The translations under genes were made by a program, and so were the position numbers. DNA of 64,000 nt, from contig MU053557.1 of the NCBI GenBank assembly GCA_013239625.1, forward strand, positions 5,281,842 to 5,345,841, given 5' to 3'. The notes beneath the pieces were generated by a model that was given only the letters and a program-made list of their open reading frames with translations, made no database searches and was not told the origin of the DNA. Positions within the stretch are counted from its first letter, which is position 1; each line of letters begins with the position of its first letter. Of the stretch, positions 25,732 through 38,430 are shown piece by piece. This stretch comes from Lama guanicoe (Eukaryota).

Positions 25732-26633
25732 GTTAGCCAACACATTTTGGTAGCTGGCATTTGTAAATAGAAGCTATTTGGAGAGCTGTGTTGAAGAAGA
25801 TGTTAGGCTATGTCCAGATTCATTGAGAGTGCCAAGTCAACTGTTAAAGTTTGCGAATGGGCAGTGAGGTTGGGGGGAGAGGGAGATAGGGAGTGGGAAG
25901 TGGCCGATTGATGCCAGCAGTTGCCATTCCTGTCAAGATCTTGGTCATGTTCCCAGGCTATAGCACAAAATATACATACAAATGATGGAAGCTCTGTACA
26001 AGAGGACCACTTTAAAAAATTATTATTAATACTATTTTCATTTAAATATTTTAAATAGGACATTGATAAAAAATATGGGATTATAAATAGCACCAGTGGT
26101 ATCTATAAAGAATATCAAAATTGTAGCTCTAATCACCCTCTTACCTGTGAATGCTGTAGACTTCTTGGTGAGGTTCTTAGTATTGGATCACTTTGATAGT
26201 TTTACCTGCTTCCCTCTCTCAGCCTTAGTGAGATGCTGCTGACCAATGAGATGACGAAAGGCTGTGGAGAGGAGTAGAGTGGGAGTGATAATCTATCTAA
26301 TTAACCTTTACCTAAGAGTGGAATGACAGGGCACCTTTATCCATCTTTGCTCATATTGGGATTTCATGCCAGTCATCCCTGCAGAAAAAGTGGTCATGGA
26401 AAAGTAAACCAGACAAGCCTTTGCTTCCAGGTTTCTGGAGGGAGAAACCTCCTCATGTTTACCCTCTGGGATGTTATTTAAATGCTTTTTTGCTTCAGTC
26501 TCTATTTAGATAAATGCCTTTGAAATGAAAAGCTGGGTTGTTGCATTTATTTACCTCTTCGCTGCATAAACCTTGACTTGGAGTATTTACTGGTTGAGTG
26601 AAGGAAAACCTTAAGAAGTCATTGCTTCCACAG

Positions 26634-26808
26634 GTCTGCTTACCTTCTGTACTATTACGACATCTACCTGAAAGTGCAGCAGGAGCTCCCACACCTCCCT
26701 CAGTCTGAGATCAATAAGAAGATTAGCGAGAGTTGGAGGCTTCTCAGTGTGGCCGAGAGGAGTTACTACTTGGAGAAAGCCAAACTAGAGAAAGAAGGTT
26801 TGGATCCT
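26634..26808 (+). CDS. HMGXB3: HMGXB3 exon 3 (HMG box)
   Basis: cacag|g; SAYLLYYYDIYLKVQQELPHLPQSEINKKISESWRLLSVAERSYYLEKAKLEKEGLDP; cct|gtaagt; 175 nt. Confidence 0.94.
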
Positions 26809-29800
26809 GTAAGTAATTTTTTACCCCCAACTAATCCCTTCACCGCTTCAGTGGTTAAGGCTTTGGGGTGACCAATCCCATGTTCTCCTGTTTCTTTTTC
26901 TTGGAAAAACTGAGTTGAGTCACTTTTACCTGTCTTGAATCTGATATTGTCTGTTTCTATTTTGAAGATGCCCTGCACTCTCTTGTCTTCTTTGGTTGCA
27001 GCAATAAATGGAGCTGACATTTTCTGGGTTATCTGCAGTGAGCCTTACGTTCCTTTTCTGAATTTTAGCAAAAGTCAGATCCCTTGTCCTTCTGAGTAGT
27101 AGTGTTTTCATAGAGCAGCTTCTATAGGCATTTCTTCTGTACCAAGAGTTTTCATGTTGTCAGTTAAATGTATATGTAATGAATTTGTGTCATGCTGATC
27201 ACTGTCAGTTATAATCAGCAATTAGGCTTGCATGTTTAGCGGTAGATACAGCTGCTTTTATATAATGCCACATTCTTTTGTTACCACTGGTGGTATTGAG
27301 GTATGCTAGGAGAAGTGCAAGGTTAAAGCTGAAGTTAATGGAGGAGACTGCGGCTTTGAATCCTTGGTTTAAAGAATAAACAAGGAAGCACTTAGGTTTG
27401 TGTCTTATCTGTCTACCATTTTGTTATTTGTAGTTCACAGTAACAAAATGCACTGACAGCTATTAAGCTTCGGAAGGGGGGAGCAGTGACTGAAATTCCT
27501 GCAGGAAAAAATAACCTTGTTATTGCAAACTGAAACCTTTTAGCCTTAACTCCTTTTTTCCCCTTTTGTTTCCTTGAAACAATTGTTGCTGACTTCTTTT
27601 TTGATAACACAGAGCAAAGGTTCTGTGGGGCTGCAGCAACTGTGTTGCAGCAGTGCAGGTGATATTTCCCTTAGTGGAGCCCATCTGCTACACCCTTTTA
27701 GACTATTCTGTCCTTGTTGGCTTGGCATTTGTCTTCTTGGAAGAGCTCAGTGTTGCCTACAGTCTTGGAGATGCCACCCTGTACTCCTCAATGATTTATT
27801 TATAAACTCTGAGTCTGGGAAACAATCCTTGTGTGGAAGAGGAGGTGGAGTCTAGGAAAAGTTCACATACTCTCTTTGGTTTCCCCATTAGAAAGCCAGT
27901 CTTTTTGCCCAAGATACAGGAAAAGTACCTAATCCTGGAGTGGTAAGGTTTTTAAAACTAGACACTGATATCAGTCCTTATTAAGACTTTTAAAAATTTA
28001 AGTAGATCATCTATAATGATTTTTCTTTATCCATATGTAAATTTATGTCTCGTATCATCTCTGTCACTACCACCAAGATCATGAATAGATTACCTCTAAC
28101 GTTAACTAGCTGTGACCTTGGAAGAATCACTTAACCTTTGAGTCCTGGTTTCCACATTTGTAAAATGAGGATAATAATATCTACTCACAATGTTTAAAAT
28201 AAATGACGTAAAACACCTTGCTGAGTTCTTGGCACATACTGACTTGGTCAATAAATCTTGAGTAGATTAAATGTCCAGTGACCATATAGTAAGAAAAGGT
28301 AGCATTTAATGAACATCTGGAGTGTGCCGAGACTGGGTGAGGCTTTATGTGCTATTTAACCTCTCCCACATTGCCTGGTGTGCAGGTAAGACCCTCCTGC
28401 TGCAGACTTGGGGAGCCCATCAGAGACCTTGTGGCCGACTCTCTCCTTGGCAGCCATTCAGGTCTCCTGCCAAGTAGCAGGGCGCATGGTCTAGTGTCAT
28501 TCCTTACAGACTGTAAGATGAATACCATTCAGGCCAGCCTGGTTTCTGTGTGCCTGGATTTGTTGATTAAGTCTTGAACTGTCTGCTTCAAAGGGTGACT
28601 TGAGAATATCATTTCTTCATTATCTCTCCAAAAAAAGCTCCATAAAGGATTTGGACAGTCTGCTTCCGTGTTTCATCTGAGTGCTGTTTTTAACAGTTTC
28701 ATCTCTGAGGGCTTCCTTTGTACCCTAAGTAGTCTCATCGACGTCTTGCTTTTGATTTATTTAAGGATCTTTTTGTAATTGACTTACTTCCTTTGAAATG
28801 ATGCTTCTGAAATTATTTTTTGTTCTATTTAATTTCAGTTCTCACTTAACTATTCTCTTTGAACTTTTTTGTCTTCCTTTTTGGGTAACTTTCAGTTTGG
28901 ATTGAAAAAATAAAACAAAAGTACCTTTTTCTTGGTGCCAGTTAGCCATGCAGGGTTGTGCCTCTAGTACCTGGTCTCCATGCTCCTTAGAACACCTGGC
29001 CTGGAGTCCCAGCTTTACTGCTTTTACTAATTTTGTGTTTTGGAAAAGTTTACCCTCCCTGAGCTTCAATTTCCTCACTTGTGAAATGGGAATAGTAATA
29101 GTACCTAACTTAATAGGATTGGTTTTTAAGGTCAAGAAAGTATTTTTTAAGCCTTAAGATCCTAGGTCAGTGTTAATGTTTATATTCAGGCCTTTATCAG
29201 ATAACTGCTTCCCTGTACACATTCTCTTGTGAAGCCTTCTTAGCTTGTGATCTGTTCATCCTTATCTTTGTAAGTCTGGGAGAAACCAGTGATGTCAGAA
29301 TCCTTGCTTGCTGCCTTGATTTCCAGTTTGGCCTGTTGATTTGTGTTTTATGCTTTTAAAGGTTTTATTGAGTATTATACATTCTGGTATTTAAATCTTT
29401 AGCTAATTCAGAGTCCTAAACTTTCAGAGCTGGAAAGGAACTTGTTAGTAGCCAGATCCAGCTTCCTCATTTTATAGATGGGGCAGCAGGGGCCTACAAG
29501 GGGGAATGGATTTGCTTAAGACTACACCAGACATGGGATTTCAGCTCACAGTTTCAGATGCCAAGATCAGTGCCCTTTCAGAGTCTAATCCACATTATCT
29601 GTCTCCTATGTGTTAAGTGAGTAAGCTGCATTGGCTAAAGTGTGATTCAGATGAAAATGAGATTGCTGTTCACAGACGCTGAGCCTATCTAAGTCTTAGG
29701 TCAAGAGAATGGAGTCTTTCTGGTCCCCCTGCAGGAAAAAAAAAAAGAGCTTATAAGTGTATATCCATGTGGTCTTACTCCATTTATCTCTGCTTGTTTC

Positions 29801-29825
29801 CCCGACCTGGCTTTTTCATCCTCAG

Positions 29826-30323
29826 AACTCTAAGCTCTCTGCACTGACCGCTGTGGTTCCGGACATCCCAGGTTTCCGCAAGATCCTCCCCCGCTCAGAT
29901 TACATCATCATCCCCAAGAGCAGCCTGCAGGAGGATCGGAGCTGCCCTCAGCTAGAGCTGTGCGTGGCCCAGAACCAGATGTCCCCTAAAGGACCATCTC
30001 TTGTATCCAACACTGCCCTGGAGACAGTGCCCAGCCATGCAGGCGTGGCAGAACAGTGCCTGGCTGTGGAGGCCTTAGCGGAGGATGTGGGAGCTCTTGC
30101 CCAGCCAGGTGCTGTACAGGAGATCGCCACCTCAGAGATCCTCAGCCAGGATGTGCTCCTGAACGAGGCTTCCCTGGAGGTAGGGGAGAGCCATCAACCT
30201 TACCAGACAAGCCTCGTGATTGAAGAGACCTTAGTGAATGGCTCACCAGACCTCCCCACTGGGAGCCTGGCTGTGCCCCACCCCCAGGTGGGGGAGAGCA
30301 TGTCAGTGGTGACAGTCATGAGG
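29826..30323 (+). CDS. HMGXB3: HMGXB3 exon 4
   Basis: ctcag|aac; NSKLSALTAVVPDIPGFRKILPRSDYIIIPK...VVTVMR; agg|gtaagt; 498 nt. Confidence 0.93.
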
Positions 30324-31459
30324 GTAAGTGACTGGTACTGATGTTTTTTGCTTTATCTAGAATTGCTAAAAAGGCAGTTAGCACCATGCAGTGTGATTCT
30401 GGGGCAGTGGTAATTAAGAAACCTGGTATGGCACTTCTAGTTGGACTGCAGCTTTCTGCGTTTGGACTTGGTCCAAAGTTCTCTTCAGTTTCTTAGGCAC
30501 ACTCACCAACTCCTTGTGCCCAGTATAGCCAGTATTTTCTCTACACGAGATAAGGGATGTTAATTAGCAGGAGGGACAGGAATCATATTTGGGCTATCCA
30601 TGAGTCAAAGCCAAGATCTTTCAGGCTGTTAGTGTTAGTTAGGATTTTATGTTCCCTGAAGATTGTTTCAACAAACACAGTGGCACCTTGAACTGTTCAG
30701 GAGAATTCTCAGATGGTCTTACTGGGCTCAGAGTAATTAGGAAGAAGAAAGTTCTATTTAAGGCCAGGTTGATGGTACTAATAGCTGAGAAAGAAGAGGG
30801 AGCTCTTTCCCCCAGTGGCTTTTGTGTCATGCCCAGTTGAGGAAAAAGAGCATTTTTAGTGATTCTACAGCCTGGTCTCCAGAAGTGGAGTGTGGGAGCT
30901 GCCACCTGCCCTCTATTACCCTGGGTAGGATGGCATTCTCAGAGAAGTAGGAGTTGTTCTGCTCAGACTGAGTGGACCAGCATGCTGCAGCCCCTGTTGT
31001 CTGGACGGATGAGAGCAGTACCCCTGCAAAGGATTCCGTGTCAGGCTTAAATCTATTCTATTATTTGTTGCCTCAGTGCTGGGTATGGTAATGAAGCATG
31101 CCACTGGCCTGGTTAAGGCAGATTGTGGGTTGCTAAGAACATATGACAGGGCCAGAAGAATTGGGTCCTTCCACTAACTGCTTATGTGATCTTAGAAGTC
31201 CTAGGTCTCCTAAGAACCTCTGTTTTCTCATCTGTAAAATGAGGATAGCATATTCCCTGTGGTAATTTTTTTTCTATCTCTGTTCTTAATTAAACTTATA
31301 TTTTGAGATAATTGTAGTTTTTTGTTTTTTGGGGTTTTTTTGGTGCACCTATTGGATAAGCACATGATTTTTGGACTTGATTGGTCTTTCATTGTTGCGG
31401 GTGGCCTTGATGCATTCACTCCATCGTAATAAATCTGCCTTCTCTCCATGCACTCACAG

Positions 31460-31558
31460 GATTCCAGTGAGAGTAACTCCTCTGCGCCAGCCACACAGTT
31501 CATCATGTTGCCTCTTCCTGCTTACTCGGTTGTGGAGAACCCCACCTCCATCAAACTG
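31460..31558 (+). CDS. HMGXB3: HMGXB3 exon 5
   Basis: cacag|gat; DSSESNSSAPATQFIMLPLPAYSVVENPTSIKL; ctg|gtcagt; 99 nt, phase 0-0. Confidence 0.88.
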
Positions 31559-32029
31559 GTCAGTGTGTGGGGAATTGGTGTAGATGAAGGCATAAGAATT
31601 CTCTCCCAAGTAGTTTTCTAAAGGTCCTATCCTTAGGACACTGGGACTGGCAAAGATCTCAGAGATTATCTGGTCCATGTATTCTTAATTCGGGATAAGG
31701 GAGTGGAGGAGGGTCTGAATGGAGCCCGACAGGATCCATGAACTCTTCAAGTTACATAGACTTTTCTCCTTGAGAATGTTTTCTTGGGATAGGTTCCATG
31801 GCTTTTATCAAATTTTCAGAAGCATACATGATTTAGAAAAATTGAGGGGCCGCTGATGTAATTCAGTCCTGTTACTGTGCAGATTAGGAAGAAGACCCAG
31901 AGAAGAGAAAGAACGTGTTCTTTATATGATTCAAGACTATTGGGCTACAAGACAAGCCAGAATGAGGACCCAGGTCTTTTGATGCTCAGTGTTTTTCCCA
32001 TCACACACTGCAGCATGTAGACTGAGATT

Positions 32030-35000
32030 TATTCCTAAATATTTCATGTTTCTTTAGGATAACATAAATGGTATTTTAAAACAATTTTCAATATTTGATT
32101 GTTTGCTGTTAGTATATAGTAATACAGTTGATTTGTTGCGCATTAAATTTGTATCATGTGACTTTATTAAATTCATGTGTTTTTGTAAATTTGGCTGCAT
32201 TTTCTATATAGATGATCATGTTATATGTGAATAAGACAGTTTTATTTTTTCCTTTCTGATTTGGATTCCTTATTTCTTTCTCTTGTCTTATTACACTGTT
32301 TAGGACCTCCAGTACAGTGTTAAATAGAAGTGGTGAGAGCAGACATCTTTGTCTTGTTCCTCATCTTAGGGGGAAAGTATTGAGTCTTTCATCATATAGG
32401 TACCCTATGTTTAGGAAGCTCCCTTTGCTAGCAGCTTTTATCAGGAATGGATGTTGGATTTTGTTAAAATTTTTTGTGTGTACCTTTTGAGATGATTGTT
32501 TTTTTCTTTTTTTAGCTTGTTAATATGATTAATATTATTTCTCAAATTTAAAATCAACTCTGTATTCTGGGGATAAATCCCATTTGGCATTGATGTATTA
32601 TCCTTCTAATATATTATTGGATTTGATTTGACTTGAAAATTTTGTTCAGAATTTTTGTATATTCATGAGGAATATTGGTCTCATTTTCTTGTACAGTGTC
32701 TGATTTTAGTATTAAGGTAATGCTTACCTCATAGAATGAGTTGGGAAATATTTTCTGCTTTTCGGTTTTCTGGATGAGCTTTGTGTAGTATTGGCCTTCT
32801 TCCTTAAATGTTTGGTAGAATTACCAGTGAACTCATTTGGGTCTGGAGATTCTTCATGGGAAGCTTTATAACTGCATCTCCAGAATTATTCAGATTATGT
32901 ATTTTTGGGTGAGCTTTGATAGTTTGTCTTTCAGGAAATTTGTCCATTTCATCTAAGTTATCAACTTTATTGGCATAAAATTGTTCAAAACAGTCCCTTA
33001 TTTTTTTAAGAAACTGGTAAAATACATATAATATAAAGTTTATCTTTTTAATCATTTTTAAGTGTACAATTCACTGCTGTTAAATACATTCATGGTGCTG
33101 TACATCATTACCATTATCCATTTTCAGAATTGTTTCATCATCACAAACTGAAACTCAGTACGTATTAAACAGTAACTTCTCATTCCTACTCCCTTTACAC
33201 CTCCAGGCCCTGGTAACATCTGTTTTACTTTCTGTCTCAGAATTTGTATATTCTAGGTCCCTTAAGCAAATGGAATCATGCAAATAATATCTTTTTGGTC
33301 TGACTTTTTCGCTTAGCATAATGTGTTCAAGGTTCGTATATCTTGTGTAGTATCAGAATTCCTTTTTATGGCTGAATTGTATTCAGTCCATTGTGTGTAT
33401 ATACTACATTTTGTTTATCCATTTATAAACATTGGTGGCCATTTGGTTTATTTTTACCTTTTGGCTGTTGTGAACAGAGCTGCTATGAACTTGGTGTACA
33501 CATATCTGTTTGAGACCCTGCTTTCATTTCTTTTGGGTATATAGCTAAGAGTAGAAATGCTGGATCATCTGGTAGTTCTATGTTTAAAGTTTTCAGGAAC
33601 CGTTATCCTTTTAATATCTATAGAATGTGTACTGATTTTACTTCTCCTTTTACTGATACTGGTAATTTGGGTCGTCTTTTCCTGATAAACCTGGCTAAAG
33701 GTTATTGATTTTATTGATCTTCTTAAAGAACCTGCTTTTGGTTTCTTTGACTTCTCTCTTGTTTTCCTGTGTACTGTTTCACTCCTTTCTGCCTTGATCG
33801 CTATCATTCTCCTGCTTACTTTGGGTTTAATTTGCTCTTTTCTAGTTTCATAAGGTAGAAGGTAAGGACATTGATTTGAGATCTTTACTAATATAGCTGC
33901 TTAGAGATTAATTTCCCTCTAAGCACTGCTTTAGTGGTGTCCCACAAGTTTTGGTGTGGTATGTTTTTATTTTCATTTAGTTTGAAATACTTTTTAATTT
34001 CCTTTTTTACCCATGGGTTGTTTAGAAGTGTATTACTTCCAGATACCTTTATTTATTGATTTCTGGTTTAATCCCATTGTGTTCAGAACTTTGTAGTTCA
34101 TAAGACATGAATCCTTTTAAACTGTGACTTATTTTATAGCTCAGAATATGTTTTTGTTTTGATAAATGTTCTATGTGCAGTTGGAAAGAATGTGTATATC
34201 TACTACTGGGTAGAATGTTCTGTACGTTTCAGATTAGGTCAAGTTGATTGATAGTGTTCAATAGTTTTGTATCTCCTCATTTTATGTCTATTTCTGTCAA
34301 TTACTGAGAGAAAGCATCCACAATCTATCATTGTAGATTTATCTGTTCCTTTTTGTAGTTCTGTTAGTTTTTGTGTCAAATATTTTGACTAAGTACATAA
34401 ACATTTATAGTTGTTAAATCCTCTTGATAAACTCATCACTTCTTTGGTATGACTTGACCTTTATCTGGCATTATTCTCGCCTGTGCAATCTACTTAGTCT
34501 GATACCAAGCTTTTTTTTTTTTTTTTTTTTTGGTTAATTCAAGAATATAGTGCATTTATTGGCCAATATATCTATTTTATGTATAAACTTTTTTTAATTA
34601 AAAAAATTTTTTTAATGGAGGTACAGAGAATTGAACCCAGGACCTTGTGCATGCTAAGCACATATTCTACCACGGAGCTATTACCCTACCCCTATTTTCT
34701 GTTTTTTTTTTTTTTTGACATTTTTTATTGACTCATAATCATTCCACAATGTTGTGTCAAACCCAGGCTTTTTTTTGATTATTAACAAGGTGTATCTTTT
34801 TCCATCCTTTTGCCTTTTTTAGCTTTTTAAAGTACTTTCTTTGGTAGGCAGTATGTAGTTTGACTCTAAAAGCAAGATGTATCTGATGATCTCTGTCTTA
34901 TAATTACAGCATTTAGGCCATATATATTTAGTGTGATTATTCATATGGTTTGGTTTAAATCTATCATATTACTATTTGTCATTATTGTTGCTGTTGCTTT

Positions 35001-35150
35001 GGTCCTATTGTTTTGTTATGTTTTCTTTTGAATTATTTTTTATGAATCCCTTTTATCTCTTTTATTGTCTGTGGGCTATTAACTTGTCTTGTTATTGTAG
35101 TGGCATTTTTTAGGATTAGTAGTACACATCTTCACCTTGTCACAGTCTAT
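32030..35150 (-). mobile_element. Composite old L1 region (antisense) with nested younger insertions
   Basis: Long T-rich antisense L1 ORF2 and 3' sequence. Minus-strand ORF remnants (FEQFYANKVDNLDEMDKF) are L1 ORF2-like. Confidence 0.85.
34590..34692 (-). mobile_element. tRNA-derived SINE (camelid Vic-1-like)
   Basis: ggaggtacagagaattgaacccaggaccttgtgcatgctaagcacatattctaccacggagcta..ccctacccc, same family as the 15.4-15.6 kb copies. Confidence 0.8.
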
Positions 35151-36669
35151 CTACTAAAATCCTTGCTATGGATAAATAATATATTCTTAGATAAGAAAGC
35201 TGTAGTATCTTAAATAGGAACTACCACTGTAACATGATTCATGGAGAAACAAATGATTTCTCCTGAGCCTTTCCTCTTCTGGAAATTACTATTCTCTTAT
35301 GATCTAATACGTGTCAGCCAGGCTATTCTAGAAATACTAAAGAATGCAACATCAGCCATAAACACTAGCATTGTTTTCTAAAATTTCTATAAGCTACTGT
35401 TAAGGAGTATTTCCAAGTTCATGGTAATTTATTTATGGAAGTAACTTTACTCTGCTTTCTGGGTGGGTATTCATAATGAATATTCTTTGCAGGGCCACAG
35501 TCTGAGAGAAGATAAGATACAGTGTTTTCTATCCCATTAATAATAGTCTCTTGCAAATTCTTTGCTCCTCAAGGTATATCCATTAAGCAGAAAGGACAGG
35601 TGATTTTACAAAACAGGAAACAAAGGGCCCAAGAGCTAAAATGACTTACCCCCAGGTCATTCATTGTATCAGTGACAAAATTGGAACCCGAACCCTGGTC
35701 TCTTTCTTGGTGCCACACCACTTCACATTCATCCTTGACCTGGTACAACTATCAAAATCACCTTTTCCTTACATGTTCTGGCCGGAAGAAGCCTAGTGGC
35801 AGCTTAGTGTTTACCTGAGGGCGATTTTTGCTTTTTAGCCAAGCTAGGGAAGCTGGGATTAAAAGCTGAGTAAACTGTTCACAAGTGACAGAACCAATCT
35901 GACAATATTTTTTTCCCAGCATTAATCAAGAAATGGAGCATGGCTAATTCTACTTGTAGCGGAAATGTAATACATTCTCTTCAAAGGAAAATCATTGTAG
36001 ATGGTGAGAGCCAGTGGCTGATATTTGTATGCAAATAATCAAATTCTGTTGAGTCAGAGGACTCAACTCAAGTTACCTCTCATTTTTTAGTGACCATGAC
36101 CTGTTCTTGTATCTTTGAACCCTAAGTCCTAGGTTCTCTGGTTTTTAACAGGAGTGATGATGAATACTTTGGAATATTCAAAGCCACAGGGTGTAGCTGG
36201 ATGTGTGGAAGGAATCTTGAAACAGAAATCAAAAAGATCTGTGTTCTAGGTCAAGCTCTGCCTTTGAGTCACTACACAATTTGAGGAACAGCATTTAAGC
36301 ACTCTGAACCTCAGTAGTAATAATACCTACTTCACAGCGTTGCTGAGAGCATTAGATGAGACACTGATAAAGTGTTTAGCACTGTGCGGTACTTCAATTA
36401 ATATCAACTATTATTGTCTATATTTTTCTGGTACCTAACTCTAACCTTAAGCAGCTGTCTTCATTTGAATTCACTTTCTCCATTTCTAAAAAGTGAACTA
36501 GTTGTATCTTAGGTCCTTTCCAATTCTGACATTTTGAAATACCATGACTTGGCTAACCTTTTACAAGCTAGCATCCTGGCATTGTTGTGGTTATAATGGT
36601 CATTAGGATCTGAGAGAGGTTAGACTGGTGTTGAATCTGACCTGCTCTTTTTTTTTTTTTTTCAAACAG

Positions 36670-36801
36670 ACTACTACATACACCCGACGGGGCCATGGGA
36701 CATGCACCAGCCCAGGTTGCTCCTTTACATATGTCACCAGGCACAAACCACCTAAGTGCCCTACCTGTGGTAACTTCCTAGGAGGGAAGTGGATCCCAAA
36801 G
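36670..36801 (+). CDS. HMGXB3: HMGXB3 exon 6 (C4 zinc-ribbon-like repeat 1)
   Basis: poly-T plus aacag|act; TTTYTRRGHGTCTSPGCSFTYVTRHKPPKCPTCGNFLGGKWIPK; aag|gtaaaa; 132 nt. Confidence 0.92.
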
Positions 36802-38188
36802 GTAAAAGTTCATTGTCCATCACTGCTTTGAAAGTCTCACAAAGCAGGCCTCCTGTTCCGCTTTAGAACAGATGACTTAAATTAATATTCCTTTACATTT
36901 TCTGATGATACAAGTAAGTCATTTTCATTGTAGACTGTTTCAAAAAAGAAGAAAATGTTATCCATAGTCTTATACCATCCAGAGAAAGGCCATTATTAGT
37001 TAACATTTCTGTATATTTTCTTCCAGTCTTTCTCTATGACTATACAAGTTCTGTACCTTGGGTTTGTTTTTTTGTTTGTTTGTTTAATATATCCATGCCA
37101 TTAAATAGTCTTCAAAAACATTATCTTCAGTTGCCTCATAACTTACCATGAATGACTACACCAAGTTAATTTATTAGGGTTAAATTTTTAACAATTAACC
37201 CTTCCTCTGAGTGCTTATTTATTCACATGCACAGTGCACATCTTCTCACTCCATAGCTCAAAGTCCTCTTAATCTCCTATAGCTCCTATTAGTAAAGTGG
37301 AGGTCCTTAACCTGATATGCAGGATCTGCCATAGTCTGACTCTAACTTTCCAAATGTGTACCTCTCTCTCTAAGCAAATGGTGCTCAATAAATGAGCATT
37401 AGAGCTATGCCCCTGTGAAGTTCATTTCAACACGTGTTTTTTTGTTACCTGTTACATAGACTGACTATATAAAGCATACATACTTGCCACATTTTTGATA
37501 CGAGGCTATAAATTACTTAGGGCCAAAGAACTAGAATAGTCAGGGATGGTTTTATAGAGGAGGTGGTCTAGATGGTCTTGAAAGATCAATGGAATTTGGG
37601 TAGGTAGAAAATGAAGAGAAGGTGTTGTTTTTGTGAAGGTATCTTAGGATTGTGTGTCTCATGTTTAACTCAGCATGGTCTGTACTTTATTTCTGTAGAG
37701 AAAACTTTATGTAACAGCATACCTAGTAAGTTCCTCTGAGGCAGTTTCCACAGAACATCTCTGAAAAATACTAGGATGGAGACTTTTGCCCCCTGGCTGA
37801 GTGTTGGAGTTCAGGATAGCACCAAGGAGACACAATAGGTTAATAATTAAGAATATAATTTAGGAGTCAGCTTCCTTAGTTCATACCCCTGCTTGTCGAG
37901 TATTTAGCTTTGTAACCTTTGGCAAGTCATTTTATGTTTCTGTTCTTGATTAGTAGTGCCTACTTCATTAGGGTTATTGGAGGTGTCAAATGAAATTATC
38001 CTTGCGAAGTGGATGGCACACTCCCGATGTATTGTGTATTAAATCCTCAGTAGGGGTTCACTGCTCCCATTGTTGACCACAGTATAATTATTGTCTGTAT
38101 TATTTCTATTAAAGTTAACTCTCCAAGGGTCAGGAAGGACCTAGTGCCTAGTGTTGAGAGTTTCTTGTGTGCCGCTGTGAAGCCGTTC

Positions 38189-38430
38189 TTTTTTTGTTGT
38201 TGTCTTTTTTTGTTTTTTTGTTTTGTTTTTGTTCTCTCTCTCTCTTTCTTTTTTTCTTTCTTTCTTTCTTTATTTTTTAGTGAGTTATAGTCAGTTTGCA
38301 ATGTTGTGTCAGTTTCTGGTGTACAGCGCAGTTCTTCAGCCATACATGAATATGCATATATTCATTTTCATACTCTTTTTCACGGTGAGCTACTACAAGA
38401 TATTGGATGTATTTTCCCGTGCTATATAGT
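38189..38430 (-). mobile_element. Truncated L1 3' end whose tail has decayed into simple repeats
   Basis: TSD aagccgttc at 38180-38188 and 38431-38439. The body resembles 13300-13440. Confidence 0.8.
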
